From positions 150,001 to 182,000 of the forward strand of contig NC_006576.1 in NCBI RefSeq assembly GCF_000010065.1: a DNA stretch of 32,000 nt. Reading direction: 5' to 3'. A program made the position numbers and the translations under genes. The notes under the pieces are model-generated. The model did no database searches and had not been told where the DNA came from. It was given only the letters and a program-made list of their open reading frames with translations. Shown here piece after piece: positions 1 to 10,244 of this stretch; position 1 is the first letter of the stretch; each line of letters opens with the position of its first letter. Origin of the DNA: Synechococcus elongatus PCC 6301. GTDB lineage: Bacteria; Cyanobacteriota; Cyanobacteriia; Synechococcales; Synechococcaceae.

Positions 1-2456
1 TTGACCTTGCCATGTTTGAGGTAAAGACCGTAGGGACCCTCAAAAATTTGAATGGGGGCTTGGTCATCAGGATGGAGGCCAACCTCCCGAATCGGTTCCT
101 TGCCGCGACCCCGACTCTTCTTGGGTTGTGCCAGGAGTTCGAGGGCACGATCGAGATCGATGGTCAGCACATCATCATCGGCTTTGAGCGATCGGTAATC
201 CTTCTCACCACCCCCCAGATCGCAGACCACGTAGGGTCCAAATCGCCCTAGACCTGCTTGGATCCGTCGTCCTGTTTCGGGATGCTCGCCCAAGGTACGT
301 GGTAGCGACAACAGCCCTACGGCTTGCTCCAACGAGATCGTTTCTAAGCTCATACCCTTGGGCAAAGAAGCCCGCTTCGGCTTGGGTTTTTCCTCGGTGG
401 CTGCCCCAAGTTGGACGTAGGGACCGTAGGCACCCGTAAGCAGGTAAATCGGCTCGTCGGTTTCAGGATGTGTTCCCAGTTGGTCCGGCCCTTCGGTTTT
501 TTGCCGCAGTAGTGTTTCCACTCGCTGGACATCCAAATCAGCAGGCGTTAGCTCCTTGGGCAGGTTTGCTTTGATCGGTTCTCCATCGGCCTCGGCCTCG
601 AGGTAAGCGCCAAAACGACCAATACGGACTTTGGCGGGCAGTCCCTCCAGCGCGACTGTGCGAGCGGCAGCCGGATCAATTTCACTTTCGCGAAGTTTGA
701 CCTGTTCTTCCAAGCCACGATCGCCCCGATAAAACTGACTGAGATAGGGTAGCCAGTCGACTTCACCATTGGAAATGTCGTCGAGGGACTGCTCCATCCG
801 CGCACTGAAGCTGGTGTCCACCAAATCGGGGAAATGTTGCTCCAGCAATGCTGTCACTGCAAAAGCCGTGAAGGTCGGCGTTAGAGTGTTGCTCACCAAT
901 TGGGCATAGCCGCGATCGACGATCGTGCCGATGATGCTGGCGTAGGTACTGGGACGACCAATGCCCTCGTTCTCCAGCATTTTGACCAGTGAGGCTTCGG
1001 TGTAGCGGGCTGGCGGCTGGGTTTCATGACCGATCGCGGCCAGTTCCTGACAGGTGGGGCGATCGCCCACCTTCAACGCCGGCAGCAGAATTTCGCGATC
1101 TTCTAGGGCTGCATCAGGATCGTCTGAGCCTTCAACGTAAGCGCGGAAGAAGCCCGGGAAATCGATCCGCTTGCCACTGGCGCGGAACTCAGCATTATCA
1201 ACCTCCAACAACACACTCAGCATGGTTTGTCGGGCCTCAGCCATCTGAGAGGCGATCGTGCGCTTCCAGATCAGGTCGTAGAGCGCAAACTCGGCGCCCG
1301 ACAGTCCCGTTTCTTGGGGCAGCCTAAACGTGTTCCCCGCTGGCCGAATTGCTTCGTGGGCTTCCTGGGCGTTTTTGCTCTTGGTGGTGAACTGGCGAGG
1401 CTGGGGGCTGAGATAGTTTTTGCCATACATCTGCTCAACGCAGCTGCGAGCTGCCTCGATCGCCTGTTGCGACAGATGGACCGAATCCGTCCGCATGTAG
1501 GTGATAAAGCCTCGCTCGTAGAGGCTCTGGGCGACTCGCATCGTTTCCCGGGCTGAGAGCCGTAGCTTCCGGTTCGACTCCTGCTGCAAGGTCGAAGTGG
1601 TGAAGGGTGGGGCTGGTTTGCGAGTGGTGGGTTTTTCTTCCAGCGACTTTACTTGCCAGGGCTGGGTCTGGAGGCGATCGCGCAGGGCTTCCGCTTCTTG
1701 CTGATCGAGCAGACAGACCTGACGGCCGGCAATGATTTGGCCGGTGCTTTCGTCAAAGTCATTGCCTGTGGCTAGCCGTTGGCCTGCCAATGTCCAGAGT
1801 TTGGCTTCAAACTGGCCAGCCTCCACCGTCAGCTGAGCTTTGAGATCCCAGTAGCTGCCTTGGCGGAAGGCCCGCCGCGCCCGTTCCCGCTGGACGAGTA
1901 GGCGTACTGCCACCGACTGCACCCGCCCGGCGGATAGGCCCCAGGCAATTTTTTTCCAGAGCAGGGGGGACAGGGTGTAGCCCACCAAGCGATCGAGAAT
2001 CCGGCGGGTTTCTTGGGCATGGACCAAGCGCTGATCGACATCCCGACAATTTTTCAGGGCTGCTTGAATCGCCTCTTGGGTGATTTCGTGAAAGACCATG
2101 CGCTTCGTGGGCACCCGAGGTTGCAAAAGCTGCAACAAGTGCCAGCTAATACTTTCGCCTTCGCGGTCTTCGTCCGTTGCCAGGATCAGTTCATCGGCAT
2201 CTTTCAGTGCATCTTTCAATGTTTTGACAATCTTTTTTTTATCCTTGGGGACGATATAAAGCGGCGCGAAGTTATTTTCAACATCGACCCCAAGATTGCT
2301 CCATTTCTCACCTTTCAGTTCGGTGGGAATGTCGCTTGCCGACTGTGGAAGATCGCGGACATGTCCCATCGATGCTTCGACGCGGTAATCCTTCGGCAGG
2401 TAGTTGCGGATGGTGCGCGCCTTGGTGGGCGACTCGACGATGACGAGTTTGGGCAT
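1..2456 (-). CDS. topA: DNA topoisomerase I, partial. The N-terminus and most of the gene are present; the C-terminal end lies beyond the window start.
   Basis: The reverse frame is open from the window edge to the ATG at 2456-2454. It is absent from the ORF track because it has no in-window stop. Hand translation starts [19 protein letters not shown], a type IA TOPRIM N-terminus. At the window edge it reads [19 protein letters not shown], matching the G-x-(F/Y)-G-P-Y repeats of topo I C-terminal domains. Confidence 0.92.
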   Translation of the reverse strand, partial: MPKLVIVESPTKARTIRNYLPKDYRVEASMGHVRDLPQSASDIPTELKGEKWSNLGVDVENNFAPLYIVPKDKKKIVKTLKDALKDADELILATDEDREGESISWHLLQLLQPRVPTKRMVFHEITQEAIQAALKNCRDVDQRLVHAQETRRILDRLVGYTLSPLLWKKIAWGLSAGRVQSVAVRLLVQRERARRAFRQGSYWDLKAQLTVEAGQFEAKLWTLAGQRLATGNDFDESTGQIIAGRQVCLLDQQEAEALRDRLQTQPWQVKSLEEKPTTRKPAPPFTTSTLQQESNRKLRLSARETMRVAQSLYERGFITYMRTDSVHLSQQAIEAARSCVEQMYGKNYLSPQPRQFTTKSKNAQEAHEAIRPAGNTFRLPQETGLSGAEFALYDLIWKRTIASQMAEARQTMLSVLLEVDNAEFRASGKRIDFPGFFRAYVEGSDDPDAALEDREILLPALKVGDRPTCQELAAIGHETQPPARYTEASLVKMLENEGIGRPSTYASIIGTIVDRGYAQLVSNTLTPTFTAFAVTALLEQHFPDLVDTSFSARMEQSLDDISNGEVDWLPYLSQFYRGDRGLEEQVKLRESEIDPAAARTVALEGLPAKVRIGRFGAYLEAEADGEPIKANLPKELTPADLDVQRVETLLRQKTEGPDQLGTHPETDEPIYLLTGAYGPYVQLGAATEEKPKPKRASLPKGMSLETISLEQAVGLLSLPRTLGEHPETGRRIQAGLGRFGPYVVCDLGGGEKDYRSLKADDDVLTIDLDRALELLAQPKKSRGRGKEPIREVGLHPDDQAPIQIFEGPYGLYLKHGKV

Positions 2457-2704
2457 GGAGTCACGATTCTGCCCGATTGGCAGCTAGGGAAGTCAAAAAA
2501 AGCGATCGCAGGCGATCGAGAGGGCCCAACCCAAAGGGCTGATCAATGGGTAACCTCCTCTTCCACTTATAGCCAAAGATGTGAAGTCTCCTGCAACTGC
2601 GATCGCGGAAGGATCAGGCTGAGAGGAAGGTAGAATCAGTGGCTGATGCCTCAGGTTACTCAATCAACCTGCTGGCGTTCCCCAGTTCTGAGTCGCACCG
2701 ACCT

Positions 2705-4270
2705 ATGGACTTTTTAACCCTCGCCGGTCAACTCAATGCCGGTGTGATTCTGCCAGAAGGCATCGTAATCGTCACACTGTTGACGGTTCTGGTCACGGAT
2801 TTGATTTTGGGACGGCAATCGCTGCGCCTAACTCCAGCCCTCGCCATCACGGGGCTTAGTGCTGCGATCGCAGTGCTCACACTCCAATGGAATACGAGTC
2901 AAAATCTGGCTTTTCTTGGTGGCTTCAACGGCGATAATCTCAGTATTGTTTTCCGAGGCATTGTGCTGCTGTCTGCAGCGGTCACCATCCTGCTCTCGAT
3001 TCGCTACGTTGAGCAGTCGGGAACGTCTCTTGGAGAATTCATTACGATTCTGCTCACGGCATCACTGGGGGGGATGTTTCTCTCCGGTGCGAATGAGCTC
3101 GTAACTATTTTTGTGTCACTGGAAACGCTCAGTATTTCGTCTTATCTCTTGACGGGATATATGAAGCGCGACCCCCGTTCCAATGAAGCAGCACTGAAGT
3201 ATTTGCTGATTGGCGCTGCCAGCTCGGCTATCTTCCTCTACGGTGTTTCACTGCTCTACGGCTTAGCTGGGGGGGAGACCCAGTTGCCTGCGATCGCGGA
3301 AAAACTGGGCGAAGCTCAGCCGCTGGCACTGCTGATTTCATTGATTTTTGTAATCGCTGGCATTGCTTTCAAAATTTCTGCGGTTCCTTTCCACCAATGG
3401 ACTCCGGACGTTTACGAAGGCTCGCCCACCCCGATCGTGGCGTTTCTCTCGGTCGGTTCCAAAGCAGCGGGTTTTGCTTTGGCGATTCGCTTGCTGGTCA
3501 CCGCCTATCCGGCTTTGACCGAGCAATGGCACTTTGTCTTCACGGCCCTGGCCATCCTCAGCTTGGTGCTCGGTAACGTCGTGGCGCTCGCGCAAACCAG
3601 CATGAAGCGCCTGCTAGCCTACTCCTCGATCGCCCAAGCTGGTTTTGTGATGATTGGCCTGATCGCTGGCACCGAAGCAGGCTATTCCAGCATGGTTTAT
3701 TACCTGCTGATTTACCTGTTTATGAATCTGGGTGGCTTTGCCTGTGTCATCCTCTTCTCGCTACGGACAGGAACGGACCAAATCAGCGAATACGCTGGCC
3801 TCTACCAAAAAGATCCGCTGGTCACCCTCGGTCTGAGCCTCTGCCTGCTCTCGCTGGGCGGCATTCCGCCGCTGGCTGGATTCTTTGGCAAGCTCTACCT
3901 GTTCTGGGCAGGTTGGCAGGCCGGGCTGTATGGGTTGGTGTTGCTAGCGCTGATCACCAGTGTCATCTCGATCTACTACTACATCCGTGTGATCAAGATG
4001 ATGGTGGTCAAAGAGCCACAGGAGATGTCGGAGTCAGTGCGCAACTACCCCGAAACCAACTGGAATCTGCCGGGCATGCAGCCGTTGCGTGCTGGTTTGG
4101 TGGTTTGCGTGATTGCCACGGCCGTAGCAGGTATCCTCTCCAACCCACTGTTTAACCTTGCTAGTGCTTCGGTGAGCGGCAGTTCCTTCCTGGGTTTAGC
4201 TCCTGCTGCAGAAGTGGTGACCACGACGGCAACCCCCGTCGCTCTGTCAGAACCGCCAGCTGCCAGTTAG
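2705..4270 (+). CDS. ndhB: NAD(P)H-quinone oxidoreductase (NDH-1) subunit 2
   Basis: This is a 521-aa polytopic membrane protein starting [21 protein letters not shown], which resembles the cyanobacterial NdhB N-terminus. It carries the proton-pumping antiporter-like motif [22 protein letters not shown]. The ORF-track start (GTG at 2639) adds 22 non-conserved residues, so I prefer the ATG at 2705. Confidence 0.93.
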   Translation: MDFLTLAGQLNAGVILPEGIVIVTLLTVLVTDLILGRQSLRLTPALAITGLSAAIAVLTLQWNTSQNLAFLGGFNGDNLSIVFRGIVLLSAAVTILLSIRYVEQSGTSLGEFITILLTASLGGMFLSGANELVTIFVSLETLSISSYLLTGYMKRDPRSNEAALKYLLIGAASSAIFLYGVSLLYGLAGGETQLPAIAEKLGEAQPLALLISLIFVIAGIAFKISAVPFHQWTPDVYEGSPTPIVAFLSVGSKAAGFALAIRLLVTAYPALTEQWHFVFTALAILSLVLGNVVALAQTSMKRLLAYSSIAQAGFVMIGLIAGTEAGYSSMVYYLLIYLFMNLGGFACVILFSLRTGTDQISEYAGLYQKDPLVTLGLSLCLLSLGGIPPLAGFFGKLYLFWAGWQAGLYGLVLLALITSVISIYYYIRVIKMMVVKEPQEMSESVRNYPETNWNLPGMQPLRAGLVVCVIATAVAGILSNPLFNLASASVSGSSFLGLAPAAEVVTTTATPVALSEPPAAS

Positions 4271-4313
4271 CTAAACCGACCGCGATCGCGGCTCACTCAC
4301 CCCATCCTTTCCC

Positions 4314-4347
4314 AAGACAGCGCTAGCATGGCGCTGTCTTTCTTTTT
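4314..4347 (+). terminator. Rho-independent terminator downstream of ndhB
   Basis: There is a perfect 10-bp stem: AAGACAGCGC (4314-4323) pairs with GCGCTGTCTT (4331-4340). The loop is 7 nt and the stem is followed by TCTTTTT. Confidence 0.6.
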
Positions 4348-4365
4348 GCAACCCCTTGTCTCTGC

Positions 4366-5091
4366 ATGGCAGAATCCGCGCCTCCCGTCATTCAGTTCGA
4401 GCATGTCAGCAAGATCTACGGCGAAGGGGAAACTACGGTCCGTGCCTTGGATCATGTCGACTTTCAAGTTCGGGCGGGTGAGTATTGCGCGATTATGGGC
4501 GCTTCGGGTTCGGGAAAGTCGACGGCAATGAACCTGATTGGTTGCCTTGATCGCCCCACAGCTGGCCGCTATTACCTCGACGGCACCGATGTCGCCGATT
4601 TGGATGACGACGCCCTCGCTGCCGTGCGCAATCGCAAGATTGGATTTGTTTTTCAGCAATTTCACCTGTTGCCCCAGCTCAGCGCGGTCGAGAATGTGAT
4701 GCTGCCGATGATCTACGCCGGCATTTCTCAGCAGGAGCGGCGCGATCGCGCTGTCGCTGCTTTAACCCAAGTGGGCCTCGCTCAACGACTGGACAATAAA
4801 CCCAATCAGCTGTCTGGGGGACAACAACAACGGGTGGCGATCGCCCGAGCGATCGTGAATCAACCAGTGCTATTGCTGGCAGATGAACCGACTGGAGCAT
4901 TGGATTCCCAGACGACCGAAGAAGTGCTGAATATCTTCGACCAGTTGCACCAGCGGGGCATCACGATCGTGATCGTCACCCACGAAGCCGAGGTCGCCGA
5001 TCGTGCCGAGCGGGTGATCTGGTTCCGCGATGGCCAAATCCAGCGGGAAACCCAAAATCCGCCTCGGCCAGTCCTTGCAGCTACCTTTTGA
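4366..5091 (+). CDS. ABC transporter ATP-binding protein of the MacB/LolD/DevA type
   Basis: Walker A is GASGSGKST, the signature is [14 protein letters not shown], and Walker B is LLLADEPTGALD. The start IQFEHVSKIYGEG and the FQQFHLLP motif are typical of the MacB/LolD ATPase clade. Confidence 0.85.
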   Translation: MAESAPPVIQFEHVSKIYGEGETTVRALDHVDFQVRAGEYCAIMGASGSGKSTAMNLIGCLDRPTAGRYYLDGTDVADLDDDALAAVRNRKIGFVFQQFHLLPQLSAVENVMLPMIYAGISQQERRDRAVAALTQVGLAQRLDNKPNQLSGGQQQRVAIARAIVNQPVLLLADEPTGALDSQTTEEVLNIFDQLHQRGITIVIVTHEAEVADRAERVIWFRDGQIQRETQNPPRPVLAATF

Positions 5092-5103
5092 GCAGCGCGA
5101 TCG

Positions 5104-5859
5104 CTAGGGATTTTGAGCCTTCCAGATGAAATAGATCCCAAAACTAAGTAGCAACAGCTGAAAGCAGCGTTGAACCAGCACTGCAGGTAACTTGGGCAAG
5201 AGCCGCGTGGTCACCTGCACGCCCAGTAAGCCGCCCAAACCCAGCCAAAACCCTTGGACCCAGAGTACGTCGCCAGCGACTGCATAACCACTCAACGCTG
5301 AGCAGGCAGTGACGATAATCACGCCGAGGCTGGTTTGCACTGCTGTTTTGATCGGTACCCTCATCAACAGCACCTGCAGCGGCACCATCAGCGTGCCCCC
5401 CCCAATCCCAAACAGTCCTGCTAGGACGCCCCCTAAAGCGCCCGTAATCAGTACGGACATCAGGCTAGGCTGAGTGGGCTTATCCTTGTCGGGCGAGGCG
5501 TTACGGTTCAACCACTGCCGCAGTTCAACCAAAAAGATATTAAGAAAGTAAAGGCCGGCAATTCCCAGCAGCAGAACATTGCCCGGTAGCCGTTGGGCCA
5601 GAAAGACCCCCAGTTGGGCTGTCGCGATCGCCGGTAGACCCAGTTGCCAGATACTCGCTGCCTGTAAATTGCCCGATCGCCAGTTTTGCCAGGTGCCAGA
5701 GATTGAGGTGATCAGAATGGCGAGATTACTGGTGCCAAAGGCTTGCACCGGGCTGACGCCTAAACCGATCAAGACCGGCACCATCAACACGCCGCCGCCC
5801 ACTCCCAGCAGTCCTGCCAAGAGGCCAGCTCCAATCCCAATTACAAACAACGTCACCAT
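5104..5859 (-). CDS. TauE/SafE (TSUP, DUF81) family anion-export membrane protein
   Basis: This 251-aa protein has about 8 TM segments. The glycine-rich motif is repeated (GLLGVGGGVLMVP and GLFGIGGGTLMVP), which is characteristic of the two-halves TSUP fold. Confidence 0.8.
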   Translation of the reverse strand: MVTLFVIGIGAGLLAGLLGVGGGVLMVPVLIGLGVSPVQAFGTSNLAILITSISGTWQNWRSGNLQAASIWQLGLPAIATAQLGVFLAQRLPGNVLLLGIAGLYFLNIFLVELRQWLNRNASPDKDKPTQPSLMSVLITGALGGVLAGLFGIGGGTLMVPLQVLLMRVPIKTAVQTSLGVIIVTACSALSGYAVAGDVLWVQGFWLGLGGLLGVQVTTRLLPKLPAVLVQRCFQLLLLSFGIYFIWKAQNP

Positions 5860-5982
5860 TGTGTTTCTCGTCTGGTTGATGACCGATGAGGAGTAGCGAT
5901 ACCGTCGCAGAGGTTGAGCAGTGCTAGAAAGAAAACAGCGCCGCCCCTACCTGCGAACGCTCAACCGACTCTGGAGATTGGC

Positions 5983-6432
5983 ATGGCTGTGTCTTCCGAA
6001 ACGACTCTTGACTCCTCGGCCTTGTCTGCGACTGCGCCGCTAGATTACATCGATATCATCGAGACCGTCATCAGTAGCCTTGCCGATGCTGACAGTGCCC
6101 AGGTCAGCCACACGGGCAGCGGCACGATCTGGAAGTTTCGCTATGGCCAACTCGAAGTTTTTGTACAACTGACGGGCTCTAGCGAGGACGACCTGTTCAC
6201 GGTTTGGGCCAAAGTTTTTCCGCTCAGCGAATCCACCGACGCCACACTTCTGCAACGGCTGCTTACCCTCAACTGGGCCGACACCCTCGAGGCGCGGTTT
6301 GCCCTTTATGACGATCACATCACGATGGTGGCTAGCCGCACCGTAGCTGATCTCTCGGCGGGCGAAATCTCGCGAGCCATTACCTTGGTGGCGAGTATTG
6401 CTGCCACTTATGCTGAAGGGCTCCCAAGCTAG
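5983..6432 (+). CDS. YbjN-like (type III secretion chaperone-like fold) hypothetical protein
   Basis: The segment WKFRYGQLEVFVQL...LFTVWAKVFPL...LLQRLLTLNWADTLEARFALYDDHITMVASRTVADLSAGEI resembles the YbjN/sensory-transduction-regulator family pattern. I prefer the ATG at 5983 over the TTG at 5914. The family call is from memory only. Confidence 0.5.
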   Translation: MAVSSETTLDSSALSATAPLDYIDIIETVISSLADADSAQVSHTGSGTIWKFRYGQLEVFVQLTGSSEDDLFTVWAKVFPLSESTDATLLQRLLTLNWADTLEARFALYDDHITMVASRTVADLSAGEISRAITLVASIAATYAEGLPS

Positions 6433-6441
6433 GGTACAGCG

Positions 6442-7149
6442 GTGCCCTTCTCGACTCTTACTTGGCAGATCCTACCTTGGCTGGTTGCGCCGGGTGACTG
6501 GCAGATGGCCTTGGATGACTGGCTGCTCGATGAAGTGCGCCGCGATCGCTGTCCCCCTACTTTTCGCTTATTCACTTGGCAAGACCCTGGCTTGTCCCTC
6601 GGCTGGCATCAGGATCCACTGCTCGTGGATCTGGACTTACCCATCGTTCGCCGACCCACGGGAGGACGGGCTGTGCTTCACGGAGGCGATCTTTGCTATT
6701 CCCTAGTGACGCCTGCCCCAGTAACAGGCGATCGCCGACAGACCTATTGTCTGCTCACTCAATTCCTGCGATCGGCCTTTCAGTCCCTCGGGTATCCACT
6801 CAGTACCGGTTGTGATCGCCCCGATCGCACTGCGATCGACTGTTTTGCCCACAGTACCGTTGCTGATTTACAGCTCATTGATGGCCGCAAGTGCATTGGC
6901 AGCGCCCAACTTTGGCGCGATCGCACCATCCTCCAGCAAGGGTCGATTCAGCTCCAGCCGCCCGATTGCTGGACTCAAGTCTTGGGAACGCCATCGCCAC
7001 CAGCCCTGTCGCTCGCGATCGCGACCCTAGCGACGAGTCTGATCAATGCCCTGAGAGACAGCTACGGCCTCAGCCTGAACCCTGGAGGTTTGAGCTCTGC
7101 GGATTGGGAGGCAATTGACGACCGGCGATCGCGCTTTCAGGTTGACTGA
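6442..7149 (+). CDS. Lipoate-protein ligase family protein (BPL/LplA/LipB catalytic domain only)
   Basis: The start is GTG. The motif RRPTGGRAVLHGGDLCYS resembles the LplA RRxSGGGAVYHDxGNLxFS lipoyl-AMP binding loop. At 235 aa there is no C-terminal accessory domain. Confidence 0.7.
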   Translation: MPFSTLTWQILPWLVAPGDWQMALDDWLLDEVRRDRCPPTFRLFTWQDPGLSLGWHQDPLLVDLDLPIVRRPTGGRAVLHGGDLCYSLVTPAPVTGDRRQTYCLLTQFLRSAFQSLGYPLSTGCDRPDRTAIDCFAHSTVADLQLIDGRKCIGSAQLWRDRTILQQGSIQLQPPDCWTQVLGTPSPPALSLAIATLATSLINALRDSYGLSLNPGGLSSADWEAIDDRRSRFQVD

Positions 7150-7228
7150 ACACCTCAGCGCCACTAAAAACACCGCAAGCGGGAAGTTCGCCACCTAGAA
7201 TGAAAACAGTTTTTCTGGCAACCGTCCG

Positions 7229-8851
7229 ATGGCCAGCGCAAGCTCGAACGACCGGATTCTCATTTTCGATACCACGCTCCGGGATGGCGAACAGTCACCT
7301 GGTGCAAGCCTAAACCTAGAAGAGAAACTGGTGATCGCGCGTCAACTGGCTCGACTGAATGTCGACATTATTGAGGCCGGTTTTGCCTTTGCTAGTCCCG
7401 GTGATTTTGGAGCGGTGCAGCGCATTGCCGCTGAAGTCGGCACACCGGATGGCCCCACGATTTGTAGTTTGGCGCGGGCAACTCGTCAGGATATCAAAGC
7501 AGCGGCTGAAGCCTTGGCACCGGCAGCCAAAGGCCGCATTCACACCTTTATCGCCACTTCCGACATCCACCTCGAGTACAAGCTCAAGAAAACTCGGGCT
7601 GAGGTTTTGGCGGTCATCCCCGAGATGGTTGGCTATGCCGCTTCCTTGGTCGATGACGTCGAATTTTCGCCGGAAGATGCGGGGCGATCGGATCCTGAAT
7701 TCCTCTATGAGTGTTTGGAAGCGGCGATCGCGGCAGGGGCCAAAACGATCAATATTCCCGACACCGTCGGCTACACGACTCCTAGCGAGTTTGGAGCCTT
7801 GATTGGCGGCATTAAACAGAATGTCTGCAACATTGATCAGGCAATCATTTCCGTCCATGGTCACAACGACTTAGGCCTTGCTGTCGCCAACTTCCTAGAA
7901 GCGGTCAAAAACGGCGCGCGCCAGCTGGAATGTACGATCAACGGCATTGGCGAACGAGCTGGTAATGCGGCTCTAGAAGAGCTGGTGATGGCCCTGCATG
8001 TGCGTCGCCAATACTTCAATCCGTTCTTGGGACGCGCTGCAGATTCAGAAGCACCCCTAACCCAAGTCAACACTCGCGAAATCTACAAAACCTCGCGCTT
8101 GGTCTCGAATCTGACTGGGATGTTGGTGCAGCCGAATAAAGCGATCGTGGGGGCCAATGCCTTTGCACATGAATCGGGTATTCACCAAGACGGCGTCCTC
8201 AAAAATAAGCTGACCTACGAAATCGTCGACGCCGAAACGATTGGCCTAAGTACCAATCGCATTACCCTCGGTAAGCTGTCGGGGCGCAATGCCTTCCGTA
8301 CCCGTTTGCAGGAGTTGGGCTACGACCTTGGCGAGGACGACTTGAACCGAGCTTTCCTGCGCTTCAAGGAACTAGCCGATAAAAAGCGGGAAGTCACCGA
8401 TCGCGACTTGGAAGCGATCGTCAATGACGAAACCCAGCAAGCACCCGAGCTGTTCAAGCTGGAATTGGTGCAGGTTTCAGCGGGCGATCATGCGCGTCCC
8501 ACCGCCACCGTCACCCTACGCACTCCCGAAGGGGAAGAACTGACTGACGCAGCGATCGGTACGGGGCCGGTTGATGCGATTTATCGAGCCATCAATCGTG
8601 TGGTGAACATCCCGAATGAGCTGATCGAGTTTTCGGTCAAGTCTGTCACAGCAGGGATTGATGCGATCGGCGAGGTCACGATTCGTCTGCGTCATGAAGA
8701 CCGGATTTTCTCTGGACATTCGGCTAATACCGACATCCTCGTAGCCTCGGCCCAAGCCTATATTCACGCTCTCAACCGGCTTGCCGAAGCGTTGCAGAAG
8801 GATAAGCCCTTGCATCCGCAAGAACCGATTGTCGCTGGTATGGGTCGTTAG
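7229..8851 (+). CDS. leuA: 2-isopropylmalate synthase
   Basis: The N-terminus [19 protein letters not shown] and the motif [12 protein letters not shown] mark the HMGL-like TIM barrel. A C-terminal LeuA dimerisation/regulatory domain is present. Length is 540 aa. Confidence 0.95.
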   Translation: MASASSNDRILIFDTTLRDGEQSPGASLNLEEKLVIARQLARLNVDIIEAGFAFASPGDFGAVQRIAAEVGTPDGPTICSLARATRQDIKAAAEALAPAAKGRIHTFIATSDIHLEYKLKKTRAEVLAVIPEMVGYAASLVDDVEFSPEDAGRSDPEFLYECLEAAIAAGAKTINIPDTVGYTTPSEFGALIGGIKQNVCNIDQAIISVHGHNDLGLAVANFLEAVKNGARQLECTINGIGERAGNAALEELVMALHVRRQYFNPFLGRAADSEAPLTQVNTREIYKTSRLVSNLTGMLVQPNKAIVGANAFAHESGIHQDGVLKNKLTYEIVDAETIGLSTNRITLGKLSGRNAFRTRLQELGYDLGEDDLNRAFLRFKELADKKREVTDRDLEAIVNDETQQAPELFKLELVQVSAGDHARPTATVTLRTPEGEELTDAAIGTGPVDAIYRAINRVVNIPNELIEFSVKSVTAGIDAIGEVTIRLRHEDRIFSGHSANTDILVASAQAYIHALNRLAEALQKDKPLHPQEPIVAGMGR

Positions 8852-8877
8852 GCGATCGTCCATTCTCTCAACAGAGC

Positions 8878-8914
8878 AGCCACCCGATCCTTGAATCGGG
8901 TGGCTATTGTTTTT
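8878..8914 (+). terminator. Rho-independent terminator between convergent leuA and futA
   Basis: There is a perfect 11-bp stem: AGCCACCCGAT (8878-8888) pairs with ATCGGGTGGCT (8895-8905). It is followed by ATTGTTTTT. Confidence 0.65.
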
Positions 8915-8930
8915 AGATTGCGCTAGATGA

Positions 8931-9953
8931 TTAACGCCAGCCTGCACGGTCCATAATCTTCACCGCTTCAGCATTGTTGGCCCCGTAGACATCGACATTG
9001 ACGGGAGCGGCCTCAAAGGGGCCAAAGCTTTGGACCACTGCATCCTCAGCCGTATTGGCTTTGGCTGGATACTCGTAGGTGCCTTGGGTGAAGTAGCGCT
9101 GTCCGTCGGGGCTCGCCAAGAACTCGAGAAATGCAACTGCATTTTCCTTGTGTGGAGCATTGGTCGCAACGCCGGCACCACTGACATTGACGTGGGTGGG
9201 GCGCGGGAAAAAGACCCCGACTTTTGAGGCAATTTCGCGATCGCTCGCCTCTTTGGATTCCAACAACCGTGCGACGTAGTAGTGATTGACGACCGCGACA
9301 TCACAGACGCCTTCCGCAACCGCCTTGATCTGAGCGGTGTCGTTGCCCTGGGGCGGTCGCGCAAAGTTTGCCGTCAAACCTTTGATCCACTCTTCCGTAG
9401 CTGCTTCCCCTTGCGTTGCGATCGTTGCCGCAACTAAGGACTGGTTGTAGATGTTGTCAGAGCTGCGCATGCATAGCTTGCCACGCCACTCGGGGTTGGC
9501 GAGGGCTTGATAGGTGGAAAGCTGACTGGGCTGAACCTTGGCTTTGTTGTAGATGATGACGCGGGCCCGACGGGCAAATCCAAACCAGCGGCCGTCCGGA
9601 TCGCGCAGGTCATCAGGCAGGCCAGCGGTGAGCACGGATGATTGCACGGGCTGGAAGAGTCCCTTTGACTCCGCCTGCCACAGGCGACCCGCATCCACCG
9701 TAATCAGGACATCGGCAGGGCTGTTGGCTCCTTCACTTTGGATGCGCTCAATCAGCTCAGCATCTTTGCCTTCAATCACATTGACCTGAATGCCGGTCTT
9801 GTCTGTGAAAGCTTTGTAGAGTTCATCGTCTTGGTTGTAATGCCGGGACGAGTAGATGTTGACGACCTTATCGCTACCCCCTGAGCAGGCTGCAAGGCCT
9901 GTGCTGAGGAGCAGAGCAGCAAGGCCCGTTGACCAGATACGTAGACAAGACAA
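8931..9953 (-). CDS. futA: Fe(3+) ABC transporter periplasmic substrate-binding lipoprotein (FutA/IdiA/FbpA family)
   Basis: The start is TTG. The lipobox is LSTGLAAC-SGG. Mature-protein motifs include VNIYSSRHYNQDDELYKAF and ANSPADVLITVDAGRLWQAE, and the protein resembles Synechocystis FutA along its length. The symbol is by analogy. Confidence 0.85.
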   Translation of the reverse strand: MSCLRIWSTGLAALLLSTGLAACSGGSDKVVNIYSSRHYNQDDELYKAFTDKTGIQVNVIEGKDAELIERIQSEGANSPADVLITVDAGRLWQAESKGLFQPVQSSVLTAGLPDDLRDPDGRWFGFARRARVIIYNKAKVQPSQLSTYQALANPEWRGKLCMRSSDNIYNQSLVAATIATQGEAATEEWIKGLTANFARPPQGNDTAQIKAVAEGVCDVAVVNHYYVARLLESKEASDREIASKVGVFFPRPTHVNVSGAGVATNAPHKENAVAFLEFLASPDGQRYFTQGTYEYPAKANTAEDAVVQSFGPFEAAPVNVDVYGANNAEAVKIMDRAGWR

Positions 9954-10244
9954 AAGCTTGATCCTTATTGCAAGTAGTTCTAAATAAGAGCGTATAAGCC
10001 TGACGCCCCTTTCGACAACTCAGGACCTTTGAAACCTGGTGTTAGCCTCTTCTAAGCACTAATTCTGCTAGGACTCATTTGCAAATAACCTAGGGTGTAG
10101 TGATCTCCTCTACCGAGCTATTGCCATCCCATGAGGAGGCGGCAGCAAAACCTGAGGCGCTAGAGCCAGCGACTCATTGCCAAAGTTACCGACAACCAGC
10201 GTCAGATCAGGTTGGAGTTGTAGCGCTTTCTTCCATACCCTGTT

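Noticed and set aside
350-2633. Several ORF-track ORFs overlap the topA region: 350-532, 548-805, 989-1327, 1227-1556, 1807-2049, 1829-2041 and 2013-2633.
   Set aside because: All overlap the continuous topoisomerase I reading frame, either antisense or out of frame. They have Arg/Pro/Gly/Ser-rich low-complexity translations typical of off-frame reading in GC-rich coding DNA.
2631-2636. TAGAAT hexamers at 2631-2636 (upstream of ndhB) and 7196-7201 (upstream of leuA) were considered as -10 promoter boxes.
   Set aside because: They are plausible, but a lone hexamer without a matching -35 element or TSS data is not enough to annotate a promoter.
2639-2704. The ORF track gives N-terminal extensions at rare or upstream starts. 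These are ndhB GTG 2639, futC TTG 12885, DUF192 TTG 14594, HlyD TTG 19405, synthase 20667, repeat protein 24650, M61 TTG 27322, YbjN-like TTG 5914 and MT TTG 10886.
   Set aside because: In each case a downstream ATG begins the conserved or structurally sensible N-terminus. The extension also overlaps the upstream gene or adds non-conserved residues. The choices remain unverified without experimental start mapping.
7316-8947. Long antisense or off-frame ORFs lie inside leuA (7316-7864, 7359-7802, 7861-8073 and 8516-8947). Analogous ones lie inside other genes, for example 3338-3595, 9434-9694, 12489-12918, 14410-14931, 15040-15432, 16088-16522 and 26003-26434.
   Set aside because: Each is nested in a gene with strong family motifs. 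None has recognisable motifs. They are an expected by-product of GC-rich sequence with few stop codons.
9954-10244. The 291-bp spacer between futA and the methyltransferase gene has an open minus-strand stretch (...QPDLTLVVGNFGNESLALAPQVLLPPPHGMAIAR) that could be a gene remnant.
   Set aside because: It spans only about 45 codons, has no in-frame start codon and no recognisable motif. I cannot distinguish it from chance.
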